This document shows positions 27,137-37,007 of a stretch of 40,000 bases of DNA, piece by piece. Both the position numbers and the translations under genes were made by a program. Each line of letters opens with the position of its first letter. Position 1 is the stretch's first letter. Source of the DNA: Pseudomonas phage Psa21; sequence record MK552327.1; one strand, written 5' to 3'. The notes under the pieces are model-generated. The model was not told where the DNA came from. It searched no databases and saw only the letters and a list, made by a program, of their open reading frames with translations.

Positions 27137-29275
27137 TTGTATCAAGTCTCTGAAGAATACCAACAAAAGCTGCGAACTCGTAACATTGATGAAACGCTTC
27201 TAGGTAATGCTTGTCTTGACCCGTTCTACGGTACAACATCTTCTGCCCGTGGAGCAATGTTTCTATCGCACATCGGCCAGTCCCCTGAATCTGAAGGTTG
27301 TGAACCACGTCGTTTCCAAGCTGGTATGGAAATGCAATTCGGTGAATATACATTCGACATCAAGTTTCCTGTTGATTGTGTAATTCTTAATGTCATTCGT
27401 AAATACCCTACTTCGGGTATGGGTTCTGCAATCCGTCGTAATCCAATCACTACAATCGTGTTTGAACATTATTACGATAAGCATAAGACTAAAGACGTCT
27501 TGCATATCAGTGACTATTGTTCAATGCACCAAGACTTTGGCTTTAAGCTAGAGAAGAACAAAAAGGTAATGGAGAACTTGGCCCCAGGTCAAATGTTCGC
27601 CAAAGGTACTGTCATTGCACAAACCCGCGCGGTACGTGACGATGGCATGTGGGGTGCTGGTGTAAACATGAATGCAATGTTTATGTCCATGCCTGGTACT
27701 ATTGAAGACGGATTTGTATTCTCCGATCGTGCACTAGAAAAACTCAGCCCGCGTATCTACAACGATGCAATTGGTAATGCTGGTCGTAAAGCATTCTTCT
27801 TGAACATGTATGGTGATGAAAATCACTATAAACCATTCCCAGACATCGGTGATAAGATCCGAGCTGATGGTGTGGTATTTGCACTACGTGACCTTGATCC
27901 TGATCTGTCACCTGCAGACATGACAACACGTGCACTGATGACACTCGACAGAACATTCGATCGAGCTACCATTGGTATTCCTGGTGCAACTGTAGTAGAC
28001 ATTAATATCTTCCGTGATGATCGGGTAAACCCATCACATACTCCGTTGGGTATGGATGAACAGTTGATTAAATATCACACTGCACTGGCTAACTATTATC
28101 GCGAGATCATGAAAGTCTATCAAGGCTTATATGGTCGTTGGAAAGATTCCCTACGCATCAGTCCAGCATTCCACCAACTGGTAGTAGAAGCACAAATCCA
28201 TCTGCCTGTTAAACAGGATCAGCGTAAGCTCAGTCGTATGTATCGTCTGGAGCCTTTGGATGAGTGGCGTGTAAGTATTACTTACGAAGCAATCAAAATG
28301 CCTGGTGGTGCTTATAAAGCTACTGACTGGCACGGCGGTAAAGGTGTTGTTTGTGAAGTAAAACCTTGGCAAGATATGCCTGTAGACCAATGGGGTAACT
28401 ATGCAGACGTAGTCATCTTTGGTGGTTCTACCATGCGTCGATCAAACTATGGTCGTCTGTATGAACAAGGCTTGGGTGCTGCTGCACGAGATCTGGTACA
28501 ACGTCTACGTGTAGAGAAAGGATTGGATCGTCATGAGACGCCAACCGAAGCACAATTGAAAGCAGTGATGGCAGATCGTGAATGGGTTGATTATGCTTTT
28601 AAAGAGCTAATTGATTTCTATAACATCGTAGCTCCATCCATGCCAGAAATCTTGCTGGATAATCCTGAGCCAGCACAACATGTTTATCACGTACTGCGTG
28701 ATCAGTATTACTTGTATACCCCGGTAACCGATCAAGTAAGTTTGATGGAGTGTGTTAACAAAGTAACCAATTCCCGTTTCTGTCCAAACTTTGGACCTGT
28801 CACTTATCGTGACCAAGCTGGTCGTCAAGTAACTACTGTCAAGAATGTATTGTCGGGTTATCTTTACATCATGTTGTTGGAAAAGATCGGTGAAGACTGG
28901 TCTGCTGTTGCTTCTGTTAAAACACAACCATTCGGTTTGCCCTCTAAACTGAATAACTCGGATCGTGCATCTACACCGGGTCGTGAAACAGCTATTCGTT
29001 CTTGTGGCGAATCGGAAACTCGTTCGTATAACTCGGTAGTAGGTCCAGAACCAACTAACGAACTGATTGACCAAACGAACAATCCTCAAGCACACATCGC
29101 TGTAGTTAACGCAATCATGACTGCAGAAAAACCAACTGATATTCCACGGGCAGTAGACCGAACTGTTATTCCTTTCGGTAACTCGCGCCCCGTTGCATTG
29201 CTAAACCATTTGCTGGAATGTCGAGGTTTGAAACTCGTATACAAACCAGACTCTGTAATTCGTTACGCTGCTTGA
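27137..29275 (+). CDS. RNA polymerase beta subunit C-terminal fragment (phiKZ nvRNAP gp71-73-like)
   Basis: MPGTIEDGFVFSDRALEK (cf. NxEDAxxxS); WHGGKGVVCEVKPWQDMPVD, like GNKGVVSKI.P.EDMP; VVIFGGSTMRRSNYGRLYE. TTG start. Confidence 0.9.
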   Translation: MYQVSEEYQQKLRTRNIDETLLGNACLDPFYGTTSSARGAMFLSHIGQSPESEGCEPRRFQAGMEMQFGEYTFDIKFPVDCVILNVIRKYPTSGMGSAIRRNPITTIVFEHYYDKHKTKDVLHISDYCSMHQDFGFKLEKNKKVMENLAPGQMFAKGTVIAQTRAVRDDGMWGAGVNMNAMFMSMPGTIEDGFVFSDRALEKLSPRIYNDAIGNAGRKAFFLNMYGDENHYKPFPDIGDKIRADGVVFALRDLDPDLSPADMTTRALMTLDRTFDRATIGIPGATVVDINIFRDDRVNPSHTPLGMDEQLIKYHTALANYYREIMKVYQGLYGRWKDSLRISPAFHQLVVEAQIHLPVKQDQRKLSRMYRLEPLDEWRVSITYEAIKMPGGAYKATDWHGGKGVVCEVKPWQDMPVDQWGNYADVVIFGGSTMRRSNYGRLYEQGLGAAARDLVQRLRVEKGLDRHETPTEAQLKAVMADREWVDYAFKELIDFYNIVAPSMPEILLDNPEPAQHVYHVLRDQYYLYTPVTDQVSLMECVNKVTNSRFCPNFGPVTYRDQAGRQVTTVKNVLSGYLYIMLLEKIGEDWSAVASVKTQPFGLPSKLNNSDRASTPGRETAIRSCGESETRSYNSVVGPEPTNELIDQTNNPQAHIAVVNAIMTAEKPTDIPRAVDRTVIPFGNSRPVALLNHLLECRGLKLVYKPDSVIRYAA

Positions 29276-29282
29276 GGTATAG

Positions 29283-31256
29283 ATGAATCATTATAAAGCC
29301 CGTGACTTGCTTAACCTGTCTTATGAACAGCTGTGGGCTCTGCCTTCAGAATGGCATGTCATTGAGTTTGATGATGGAGAAAAGTTGCTTGCACGTGATC
29401 GGATAACTAAGTTATCCGTTCTGAACTGGTATCCACTGAAAGCTTACCCGGAAGTACCAATCCTAAAAGACTATCACATGGGTTCTAAACGAGTGACTGC
29501 AAAGTCTCTCATTACCTATTTGAACAAAGTCATCTGGGGTATTCACGATCACACCAATGAAGTTGCTGATCCAGAACATTTGGCTCGGCTTGCAATTGAA
29601 ACAGTTAACTGGTTGTATAATGAAGCTACAGTAGCGTTGTCGCCATATGTAGCTACACTGTCAATGTTTGACATTGCAGAAGTGTATAACCATCCAGCTA
29701 TTCGTGAAGCAAACGAAAACGTAGAGGAATCAACGTATGGTATTGAAGGCGTTGCCTACAAGAAAATTGGGGCGGCGTTTGACGATGTTGCAAACTTTCG
29801 TGGTAACTCCATCATCGAAGGTTATCGTTCTGGCACACAGAAGCTTGAGCAGTTGCTACAGGCATTTGGTCCACGAGGCTACCCGACAGATATCAACTCG
29901 GATATTTTCGCGCACCCAGTAACGGTAGGCTATGTAGATGGTATCTGGGATCTGTACGGTTCCATGATTGAATCTCGTTCGGGTACCAAAGCACTTCTTT
30001 ACAACAAAGAGTTGCTGCGGGTTACCGAATACTTCAACCGTAAATCTCAGCTGATTGCACAGTACGTCCAACGACTTCATCGTGGCGATTGTGGTACACC
30101 AATCCTGATTGATTTCCCGGTATTGAAGAGCACGCTAAAAGCATTGCGCGGTAAGTATTACCTGCGCAGTGATGGTGTGATGGATTGGATGCGGGGTAAC
30201 GAAGATCATCTGATTGGTACGATGATTAAGATGCGTTCCGTACTGGGTTGTACACACCCAGATCCATCTGGTGTTTGTTCTCGTTGTTATGGTCGATTGT
30301 CATTCTCGATCATGCGCGGTACAAACATCGGTCAAGTATCGGCTGTATCGATGGGTGACAAAATTACCTCATCGGTATTGTCTACTAAACATACCGACGC
30401 AACATCTGCAGTAGAACAGTTCCAGATCACTGGTGCTGTTGCACGTTATCTCCGTGATGGGGATCAGAGTGAAACGTTGTACTTGAAAAATAACTTGGCT
30501 AACCAAGGATATAGGCTAGTCATCAAATCGTCTGAAGCTACATCGCTGGCTGACGTATTGATGATTAAAGATCTCTCGGCTTACCCAGCTGAAAGTGCAT
30601 CCGAACTGACTCACATTGGTTTGATTCGCACAGTTGAAGGGGAAGACATGGGTGACATCTTACCGGTATCGTTGTATAACCGGAAAGCAAGTCTGTCCAC
30701 GGAAATGCTCTGTCATGTACAACGTGTAGGCTGGCAGCCTGACAACCGCGATAACATCGTAGTTGATCTAGCAGGGTTCGACTTCTCACAACCATTCTTA
30801 ACGTTGCCTTATAAGCACGTTAACATGTACGAGTTCATGAAACGCGTACAATCGTTCTTGCACTCCGGTGACAATGGCGATGGTTCTAAGCTGTCATCAG
30901 ACAAAGTAGGTTTCACCACCAAAACTTATCTGAAGAACTATAAAGACCCAGTCGATGCGTTAGCTGCATTCGCAAGTTTGATTAACGAAAAGATTCGTCT
31001 GAACGTTGTTCATTGCGAAGTTCTGGTATACGCTATGATGATCGTATCGGCGTCTACTAAAGACTATCGTTTGCCAGTCCCTGGTATTACGGGTCAGTTT
31101 GAGAAATATAACAAGCTGATGGATAACCGTAGTTTGTCCAGCAAATTGGCATTTGAAAAGCAGCATGAGCCACTCAATAACCCAGGCAGCTTCCTGTATA
31201 AAGACAGGAACGACCACCCTTACGACACAGCAGTCATGGGGGGTTGCATGTCCTAA
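29283..31256 (+). CDS. RNA polymerase beta' C-terminal fragment (phiKZ nvRNAP gp74-like)
   Basis: VLGCTHPDPSGVCSRCYGRLSFSIMRGTNIGQVSAVSMGDKITSSVLSTKHTD, like CxxCYG...GxxVGxxAAQSIGEPxTQLTLxTFH. Confidence 0.92.
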   Translation: MNHYKARDLLNLSYEQLWALPSEWHVIEFDDGEKLLARDRITKLSVLNWYPLKAYPEVPILKDYHMGSKRVTAKSLITYLNKVIWGIHDHTNEVADPEHLARLAIETVNWLYNEATVALSPYVATLSMFDIAEVYNHPAIREANENVEESTYGIEGVAYKKIGAAFDDVANFRGNSIIEGYRSGTQKLEQLLQAFGPRGYPTDINSDIFAHPVTVGYVDGIWDLYGSMIESRSGTKALLYNKELLRVTEYFNRKSQLIAQYVQRLHRGDCGTPILIDFPVLKSTLKALRGKYYLRSDGVMDWMRGNEDHLIGTMIKMRSVLGCTHPDPSGVCSRCYGRLSFSIMRGTNIGQVSAVSMGDKITSSVLSTKHTDATSAVEQFQITGAVARYLRDGDQSETLYLKNNLANQGYRLVIKSSEATSLADVLMIKDLSAYPAESASELTHIGLIRTVEGEDMGDILPVSLYNRKASLSTEMLCHVQRVGWQPDNRDNIVVDLAGFDFSQPFLTLPYKHVNMYEFMKRVQSFLHSGDNGDGSKLSSDKVGFTTKTYLKNYKDPVDALAAFASLINEKIRLNVVHCEVLVYAMMIVSASTKDYRLPVPGITGQFEKYNKLMDNRSLSSKLAFEKQHEPLNNPGSFLYKDRNDHPYDTAVMGGCMS

Positions 31257-31273
31257 GCGGAGGACGAGAAGTG

Positions 31274-31293
31274 TGGAGGACTTCGGTCCTCCA
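31274..31293 (+). terminator. TTCG-loop hairpin
   Basis: TGGAGGAC-TTCG-GTCCTCCA, followed downstream by a T tract. Confidence 0.75.
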
Positions 31294-31311
31294 TTACCTC
31301 GTTAATTTTTT

Positions 31312-32838
31312 ATGGACCCACTGATTACAGCCGAACGGTATACCCACGGGGTAAGACTGTCTGGCTATTCCAGGGAGACGTTGTATAAAATGCAACGCTT
31401 CTTGGATACGTTATTGCTCCGAGAACCGACTAAAGTCCAAGGCCGTATGGTCATGGTTACTAAGAAGAAGTATTACGGCATAACGGAAGATAACCGTAGC
31501 ATCTTTATCCACCGTAATTCTTACGCAGCTATGGTGGCACATCTGGCTAACGTGGGTGTGCCAGAGGACCGGATCAAGGTAATTGACATTCCTGTTCCGT
31601 ATGCAGCCCCTGCAACATTCGTAGTAAAAGAAAAGTTTTCTTTAAGGGATTACCAGAAAACCATTCTGGAAGATATTCTTCGAGCACATCTACATTCTGC
31701 TCGGGTAGATCTACAGACCGGTAAAGGTAAAACATACACTAGCCTGGAAGCACAGTCTGCACTGGGTTGTCGTACCGTAATCATGGTTCCACCTAAGTAC
31801 TTCGGTATTTGGGAAGAAGCTTTGAAAGACGTGTACGAAGATATTGATTTGCGTTATGTGAGAGTAAGTGGTTCAGCTGAACTGCAGATGATGATCAACC
31901 GTGGCATTGAGGATGATCTTGCAGGTATTGATGTTATCTTGATCTCTAACGTTACCTACCGAGCTTACCTAGACACCTTTGAACGTCTAGGTGACAAGAT
32001 AGACACGGTAGGTTATAACGCACCACCACCGCGCTTCCATGAGGCGTTAAAAGTTGGTCTGCAAATCAACGATGAGATTCAAGAAGATCCAGGTTTGTTG
32101 TTTCGTACGGACATGTATACCAACGTAGCCAAACAGATCTATCTATCAGCAACACCTTTTACTGGTAATGATTATGTTACCAAAATGATTGACTTGATGT
32201 TGCCTCCGGAAACAGCTTGTCGTCTACCTTCTTACGATTCGTATATCAACGTCGTGGGTGTTCTGTACAGCGAGCCTGAAATCCAATCACGTGATTACTT
32301 GACTCCTTTTAAGAACACGTATAACCATGCGCGTTATGAAACACAGATGATGAAATCCAAGAAACGTCTGGAGCGGTATAACCAGATGGTTGCTCGGATA
32401 CTCTATGGACAGTACATTGTCGATCGGATTCAAGAACAAAAAGCTTTAGTGTTGTGTGCAACTACAGCGTTTATTGATCAGTTAGTTAAGTTCTTGAAAG
32501 AGAAATATCCTGACCTTCAGATTAATGAACACTATTCGGGTTCACCTTATTCCAGGTTAATGGAAAACGATATTACGGTCTCGACGATTAAGTCTTCGGG
32601 TACTGGTGTTGACATTCCTAACTTGCGTGAGTTGATTCTATTGCAAGCAACTGACTCCAAGAAAGATAACATTCAAATTCTTGGCCGTCTACGCAAACTC
32701 AAATTGTTTGCTGATGTGATTCCACGGATGACATACCTAGTGTGTCAGCACATACCTCAGCATGTGAAATATCATCGGAGTAAGGCTGACCATTTCTTGG
32801 GTAAAGCTTTGAACATGGCACTGCGTAAAATTAGTTAA
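31312..32838 (+). CDS. SF2 DNA helicase (UvsW-like; phiKZ gp75 position)
   Basis: Motif I LQTGKGKTYTS, motif II NDEIQE, motif III LSATPFTGND, motif VI ILGRLRKLK. Confidence 0.85.
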   Translation: MDPLITAERYTHGVRLSGYSRETLYKMQRFLDTLLLREPTKVQGRMVMVTKKKYYGITEDNRSIFIHRNSYAAMVAHLANVGVPEDRIKVIDIPVPYAAPATFVVKEKFSLRDYQKTILEDILRAHLHSARVDLQTGKGKTYTSLEAQSALGCRTVIMVPPKYFGIWEEALKDVYEDIDLRYVRVSGSAELQMMINRGIEDDLAGIDVILISNVTYRAYLDTFERLGDKIDTVGYNAPPPRFHEALKVGLQINDEIQEDPGLLFRTDMYTNVAKQIYLSATPFTGNDYVTKMIDLMLPPETACRLPSYDSYINVVGVLYSEPEIQSRDYLTPFKNTYNHARYETQMMKSKKRLERYNQMVARILYGQYIVDRIQEQKALVLCATTAFIDQLVKFLKEKYPDLQINEHYSGSPYSRLMENDITVSTIKSSGTGVDIPNLRELILLQATDSKKDNIQILGRLRKLKLFADVIPRMTYLVCQHIPQHVKYHRSKADHFLGKALNMALRKIS

Positions 32839-32842
32839 TAGG

Positions 32843-32875
32843 GCTCACCTTCGGGTGAGCTTTATGTCATTTCTT
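32843..32875 (+). terminator. TTCG-loop terminator
   Basis: GCTCACC-TTCG-GGTGAGC-TTTatgtcatttctttt. Confidence 0.75.
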
Positions 32876-32886
32876 TTGGAGGCTGT

Positions 32887-33096
32887 ATGAATATGTTGTT
32901 TCTAGTGTGGTTGATATCACTGGCCATTACTATTGCTGCTTGTTGGTACCGAGATAACAAATACCCGTATGACACAACTCATCACGATGTTTGGAGTAAA
33001 TCGGTTTCACATCGAATCGCTCTAATTGCATTTGTTATTACGCTGTCTGGTTTGGCCTTGTTCCTATTCATGTACTTTAAGGATACCTGGGCATGA
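32887..33096 (+). CDS. tiny two-TM membrane protein A (69 aa)
   Basis: MNMLFLVWLISLAITIAAC...SHRIALIAFVITLSGLALFLFMYF; GGAGG upstream. Confidence 0.75.
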   Translation: MNMLFLVWLISLAITIAACWYRDNKYPYDTTHHDVWSKSVSHRIALIAFVITLSGLALFLFMYFKDTWA

Positions 33097-33296
33097 ATGC
33101 ATTATTAGCTTTTGCAGTTGTGTACGCCGTATTGACTGGTTATTTCTATCGTGAAGTTCGACTAGCTAAATACGCTGACATTCGTTACAACACGGATTTC
33201 TTTTCCACCTCTGCTAAACAACATTTGTATTCAAATGCTTTGTTGTGTTTGATTTGTTTAATCATGGCAATTGTGGTCCATCTAATTACTAAATAA
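33093..33296 (+). CDS. tiny two-TM membrane protein B (67 aa)
   Basis: ATGA overlap with A; two hydrophobic segments around RYNTDFFSTSAK. Confidence 0.75.
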   Translation: MNALLAFAVVYAVLTGYFYREVRLAKYADIRYNTDFFSTSAKQHLYSNALLCLICLIMAIVVHLITK

Positions 33297-33315
33297 TTTA
33301 AACTTTCCTAAGGCC

Positions 33316-33333
33316 TATATTACAATAGTGAAT
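33316..33333 (+). promoter_or_regulatory. early-type promoter
   Basis: TATATTAC-AATAGTGAAT; compare TATATTAC-TACAGTGAAT at 10868-10885. Confidence 0.65.
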
Positions 33334-33359
33334 ATGGGCTTTATTTAAGGAGTACGATT

Positions 33360-33536
33360 ATGTGGGCCGCTTTTATTCTGCCTTTGGTGGCAGTGTTTGT
33401 ATTGGGTGTTACCTTGATCATGGGTGCTGGTGGTAGCAAGTCATCCGGTGGTGCAGCGGTACGCCTATTTACAGGTGGCGCACTAGTACTGGCGGCAGGC
33501 TATCTGTTCATTGTCATGGTTTCTAAACTAACTTAA
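33360..33536 (+). CDS. tiny two-TM membrane protein C (58 aa), missed by the ORF track
   Basis: MWAAFILPLVAVFVLGVTLIMGAGGSKSSGGAAVRLFTGGALVLAAGYLFIVMVSKLT*. AAGGAG upstream. Confidence 0.75.
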   Translation: MWAAFILPLVAVFVLGVTLIMGAGGSKSSGGAAVRLFTGGALVLAAGYLFIVMVSKLT

Positions 33537-33552
33537 AGGAAGGAGTCACGCA

Positions 33553-33795
33553 GTGGATGCATATCTGTCAATAGCTAGATACTTCACAGGAATGGGTGGT
33601 CTGCTATTAGCTATTATTGTAGTTTTAACAATCTTGTTACTACTACACGTAAAAGAAAGTAATGTCAGTGGTGAGTACTACGACTTCTTTTCTACCTTTT
33701 ATATCGGAACAATGTTGGGATTGGCTTTGCTGTTTATAACCGTCCCTACGCTTTGTTTTCTCCGATCTACCCTCATGTGTTACCAGGTGATGTAA
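33553..33795 (+). CDS. tiny two-TM membrane protein D (80 aa)
   Basis: Two hydrophobic segments around GEYYDFFSTFYIG. Confidence 0.75.
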   Translation: MDAYLSIARYFTGMGGLLLAIIVVLTILLLLHVKESNVSGEYYDFFSTFYIGTMLGLALLFITVPTLCFLRSTLMCYQVM

Positions 33796-34016
33796 TGCTC
33801 TTAAACATAGCCACAGTCATTCTAATGACACTAATTGTATTAACACCTACAGTTGTAGGTTTCTTGGTGATACGGTTTCGTAAAAACCCTAACGGGTTAA
33901 ACCGTTATCGCAAACCACTGCAAATTGCAATACCAATTCTCATGGGCATAACAATTGTTTTAATGGCCATTGTGTTCTATGAGATAACCCAGATACAAAA
34001 CAACCTGATGCCTTAA
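33795..34016 (+). CDS. tiny two-TM membrane protein E (73 aa)
   Basis: TAATG overlap with D; MLLNIATVILMTLIVLTPTVVGFLV...IAIPILMGITIVLMAIVFY. The track start at 33753 is too early. Confidence 0.7.
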   Translation: MLLNIATVILMTLIVLTPTVVGFLVIRFRKNPNGLNRYRKPLQIAIPILMGITIVLMAIVFYEITQIQNNLMP

Positions 34017-34027
34017 CACGGCATAAA

Positions 34028-34066
34028 GCCCACCCTTCGGGGTGGGCACTATGGTTATTTTTTTTT
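34028..34066. terminator. hairpin terminator between convergent genes
   Basis: GCCCACCC-TTCG-GGGTGGGC then cactatggttatttttttttatttttt. Confidence 0.85.
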
Positions 34067-34532
34067 ATTTCTGCTGTCGACTTAAATCACGAAGGTCACG
34101 ATCCATACCGCGTTTAACACGCGATTGTTCATCTACACGTCTCAGCATATCCGTTTCACCTATCTCTAGAATAAATGCAGCTTCATCATACGGCAGTTCC
34201 ATGAACTCCATATAACTTAGTCCCCATTGTTCTTTGACGTTGTAACGAATGTACTTACGCATTAGTGATCGAACTGAACCACCTTCAACCGTATCTTCTT
34301 TATCAAACATACGGACAACATCTAAAGGATGCTTGTTGTGATCTGGTGGACGAATACCATAATCGTCCAAGTAAGCTTCACGCAGCATTATCTCAGCAGT
34401 TGATGGCCTTACGGCACCCATCTCTTGGTATAGTTTATCTAAGTGTCCACCCCGTGGACGACGCTTATGGCCGAAGCTATATTGCGTCACGTGTCCATTG
34501 GGGTCACTTAAATCAATTGACAGGCGAGTCAT
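34065..34532 (-). CDS. hypothetical phage protein
   Basis: 155-aa minus ORF in an operon with the next two genes. Confidence 0.75.
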   Translation of the reverse strand: MTRLSIDLSDPNGHVTQYSFGHKRRPRGGHLDKLYQEMGAVRPSTAEIMLREAYLDDYGIRPPDHNKHPLDVVRMFDKEDTVEGGSVRSLMRKYIRYNVKEQWGLSYMEFMELPYDEAAFILEIGETDMLRRVDEQSRVKRGMDRDLRDLSRQQK

Positions 34533-34555
34533 CTGTGGGTCTTTGTTGCTATGAC

Positions 34556-36187
34556 CTAAGGGTTGACTCTCTGGCCCGCCAAGGTAAAAAATGTCGATAC
34601 TACATCAAGAGGAATCAAATGCTCAAAACGTTCATGAAACTTTTCAGCCATCGGACTATCACATACTGGACAGTTCCATGAAGGAATAGCAATCATGCAC
34701 ATGATGGTGTCATCGATGAATTGCAGTACAGCAGCTTCAAAAGGAGCAGCGTATTTCTTATCCGACATTACATCAGACAAATGCGCATCAATAACTTCTT
34801 CGTCTTCAGTCAATAGTTCTTCTGTAGACAAAGCATCTTCACGTTGGTAGATAGCATCAACCCAATGCGAGTACTGACGGGCACCGGTAATAGCACCGAG
34901 ACGATCAATATAAGCGTTACGGTTAGCATCCCCTGGAGCTTCGTTAAAAGCACTGTGGGTAGAATCAACTACGCCGTCAATCCATCGGTTGCCAGCATCT
35001 CGTCGTTCCGCAACTGAAGGTACACGTAAGCGAAGTCCAATATCATCAAACCACTTAATAGGCTTTCGACCAAGAGTAGTGTCGCGCGCGTAATCATCAA
35101 GTTCCTCTGAACGGAGTTGGCGACCAAATCGAACATGCAGCAAATCTTTCTGCCGTTCGTTTAGTTGGGTATGGTCAAACCAAGTCAGTGAGAACATATC
35201 GAGTTTTGCTTCTTCGACGTGCGTACACTTAGATGGATCAGCAATACAAGTGTGACGATAGTTAAAACCACCAGGGAACATTGTGGAGGCTAGACCGTGG
35301 TGTAGGATTGGTTCATCCAAAGCACTCAGACGGTGTTCAATGTCAGCTGGAGTACTAGCTACCATGTTGGTGTGGGTAATACACTGCATTGCCAAATCAG
35401 TCAGTGCGTTGTTATACACTGCAATACGGTTAGAGAAACCTTGGCCTTTGGTATCACGACCCAAACGAACGGCTACGTTTTGTAGACGCTGAATCATGTT
35501 AGCTACTTCGGTATTTGTTGGAGTACGCAAACGAATCCAGATACCGGTGTGTGGCATAGGGAATTCGTGGGTAGCACCCATACCCGACTTACGGTTTAGG
35601 TAAGCGAGCAAATCAGAACGAGCTGGTTTATCACCTAGTTTAATCTTTGGACGAGACGGACCGATCTTACGACCACCGTGTTCAAAGAACTGAACCCATT
35701 CAGAACCTTCACGATAAGTGGCACGCATTGGTGTCTTATTCATGTCGGTGTGTTCAATAGCAGCCTGTAGAGATTCTAGCCATTCTAGGTCGCGTTGCTC
35801 AGTGGTAATTTCACCACCTTCAATATCAGCAAACAGACGGTTATGTACACGCAGCACTTGTTCAAACGTTTCAGGGTTTTCACGCATGAAACCAATGATA
35901 GCAGCAGCTGCAGGAATCTTTGGTGAATCCACAGGACGGTCAATACGGAAATTGACTTTCGGTTGTGATGGCGTAAAAGGAACTAGTTCTTCTTCAGAAC
36001 CTTCTTGCTCTTCTTCGTCATCTGTAACCGGTGTGGCTGGAGCTACTGGATCAGTAGCCTCAACCTTAATTTCTTTTTCTTCTGCTACATCGTAAGACGG
36101 AGCAGATACCGTTTGTTGAAAATGTACTGCAAGAGCAGCTGGAATTTCTTCAGCGTACTCTTCATCATCTTGAATATCGTGAGACAT
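34556..36187 (-). CDS. hypothetical protein with C-terminal Cys-rich segment (possible structural/baseplate-associated)
   Basis: 543-aa minus ORF. Acidic N-terminus; CIADPSKCTH and NCPVCDSP near the C-terminal half. Function uncertain. Confidence 0.75.
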   Translation of the reverse strand: MSHDIQDDEEYAEEIPAALAVHFQQTVSAPSYDVAEEKEIKVEATDPVAPATPVTDDEEEQEGSEEELVPFTPSQPKVNFRIDRPVDSPKIPAAAAIIGFMRENPETFEQVLRVHNRLFADIEGGEITTEQRDLEWLESLQAAIEHTDMNKTPMRATYREGSEWVQFFEHGGRKIGPSRPKIKLGDKPARSDLLAYLNRKSGMGATHEFPMPHTGIWIRLRTPTNTEVANMIQRLQNVAVRLGRDTKGQGFSNRIAVYNNALTDLAMQCITHTNMVASTPADIEHRLSALDEPILHHGLASTMFPGGFNYRHTCIADPSKCTHVEEAKLDMFSLTWFDHTQLNERQKDLLHVRFGRQLRSEELDDYARDTTLGRKPIKWFDDIGLRLRVPSVAERRDAGNRWIDGVVDSTHSAFNEAPGDANRNAYIDRLGAITGARQYSHWVDAIYQREDALSTEELLTEDEEVIDAHLSDVMSDKKYAAPFEAAVLQFIDDTIMCMIAIPSWNCPVCDSPMAEKFHERFEHLIPLDVVSTFFTLAGQRVNP

Positions 36188-36972
36188 TATTGTTTCTCCG
36201 GTTCCTCCTGGCCAGCGACAAATGCAGCAAACAGATCTTCTGCGCTAACACCAGCTGCTTCCAGGATTGCCATTTGTTTCATCAGCTCAGGGCCAACTTC
36301 ATTTTCCATTTGGGATTGAATGTTGCTATAACCCATGGTCAGTTCTGCTACCAGGGTTTGGTCTTCTGGTTCTACTGCACCAACTTTGTCTACGTGTTTC
36401 TTAGACAGGGCAATAAGAACAGATGACATTGTAGCCAGGTCTTCTTTCAAGGCATCAAAACCTTTCTGGAATTCCTCATAGTTTTCACCCAGCTTTTCTT
36501 TAACCAGATCTTCTTCAGAAATTACTGGCAGAACAAACAGCTGTGTAGTTTGCAGCATTTCACTGGAGATCAGGAACAATTGTTTTACAATGTCCCAGCC
36601 TTTATCAGCGAGCAGTTTCTGTGCTACAAAAGATTGGGCTTCCAATGCTACAGCTTTGTTCAATGGATTTTCCAAAGTGGCGCTATCAGACAGGGCTTCC
36701 TGAATGGCAAGCAGTGGGGCAGGAACAATACCTTCAAGATTCAGATCACCAACTTTCATACCGTGTGGATTACCATCTTCAACGGTTTCAAGTTCCACGG
36801 TGATAACGCCATCTTTTTCAGTGATAGCTGTAGGAATTACAAATTGGTCTTCTTTGATTTTACCAATAGTATCTGCCAATGTGATAGCTGCTTGCTGTGC
36901 TTTTGCACGGGTATTATCAAAAGTCATCCAGGTAGGGTCTTCTTTGGTTTCAAGTTGGATATTAGGGTTCAT
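36187..36972 (-). CDS. hypothetical phage protein
   Basis: 261-aa minus ORF, abutting the downstream gene. Confidence 0.8.
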   Translation of the reverse strand: MNPNIQLETKEDPTWMTFDNTRAKAQQAAITLADTIGKIKEDQFVIPTAITEKDGVITVELETVEDGNPHGMKVGDLNLEGIVPAPLLAIQEALSDSATLENPLNKAVALEAQSFVAQKLLADKGWDIVKQLFLISSEMLQTTQLFVLPVISEEDLVKEKLGENYEEFQKGFDALKEDLATMSSVLIALSKKHVDKVGAVEPEDQTLVAELTMGYSNIQSQMENEVGPELMKQMAILEAAGVSAEDLFAAFVAGQEEPEKQ

Positions 36973-37007
36973 CTGGTTTGTTCCTTGTATGCAAATTTGC
37001 GGATTGT

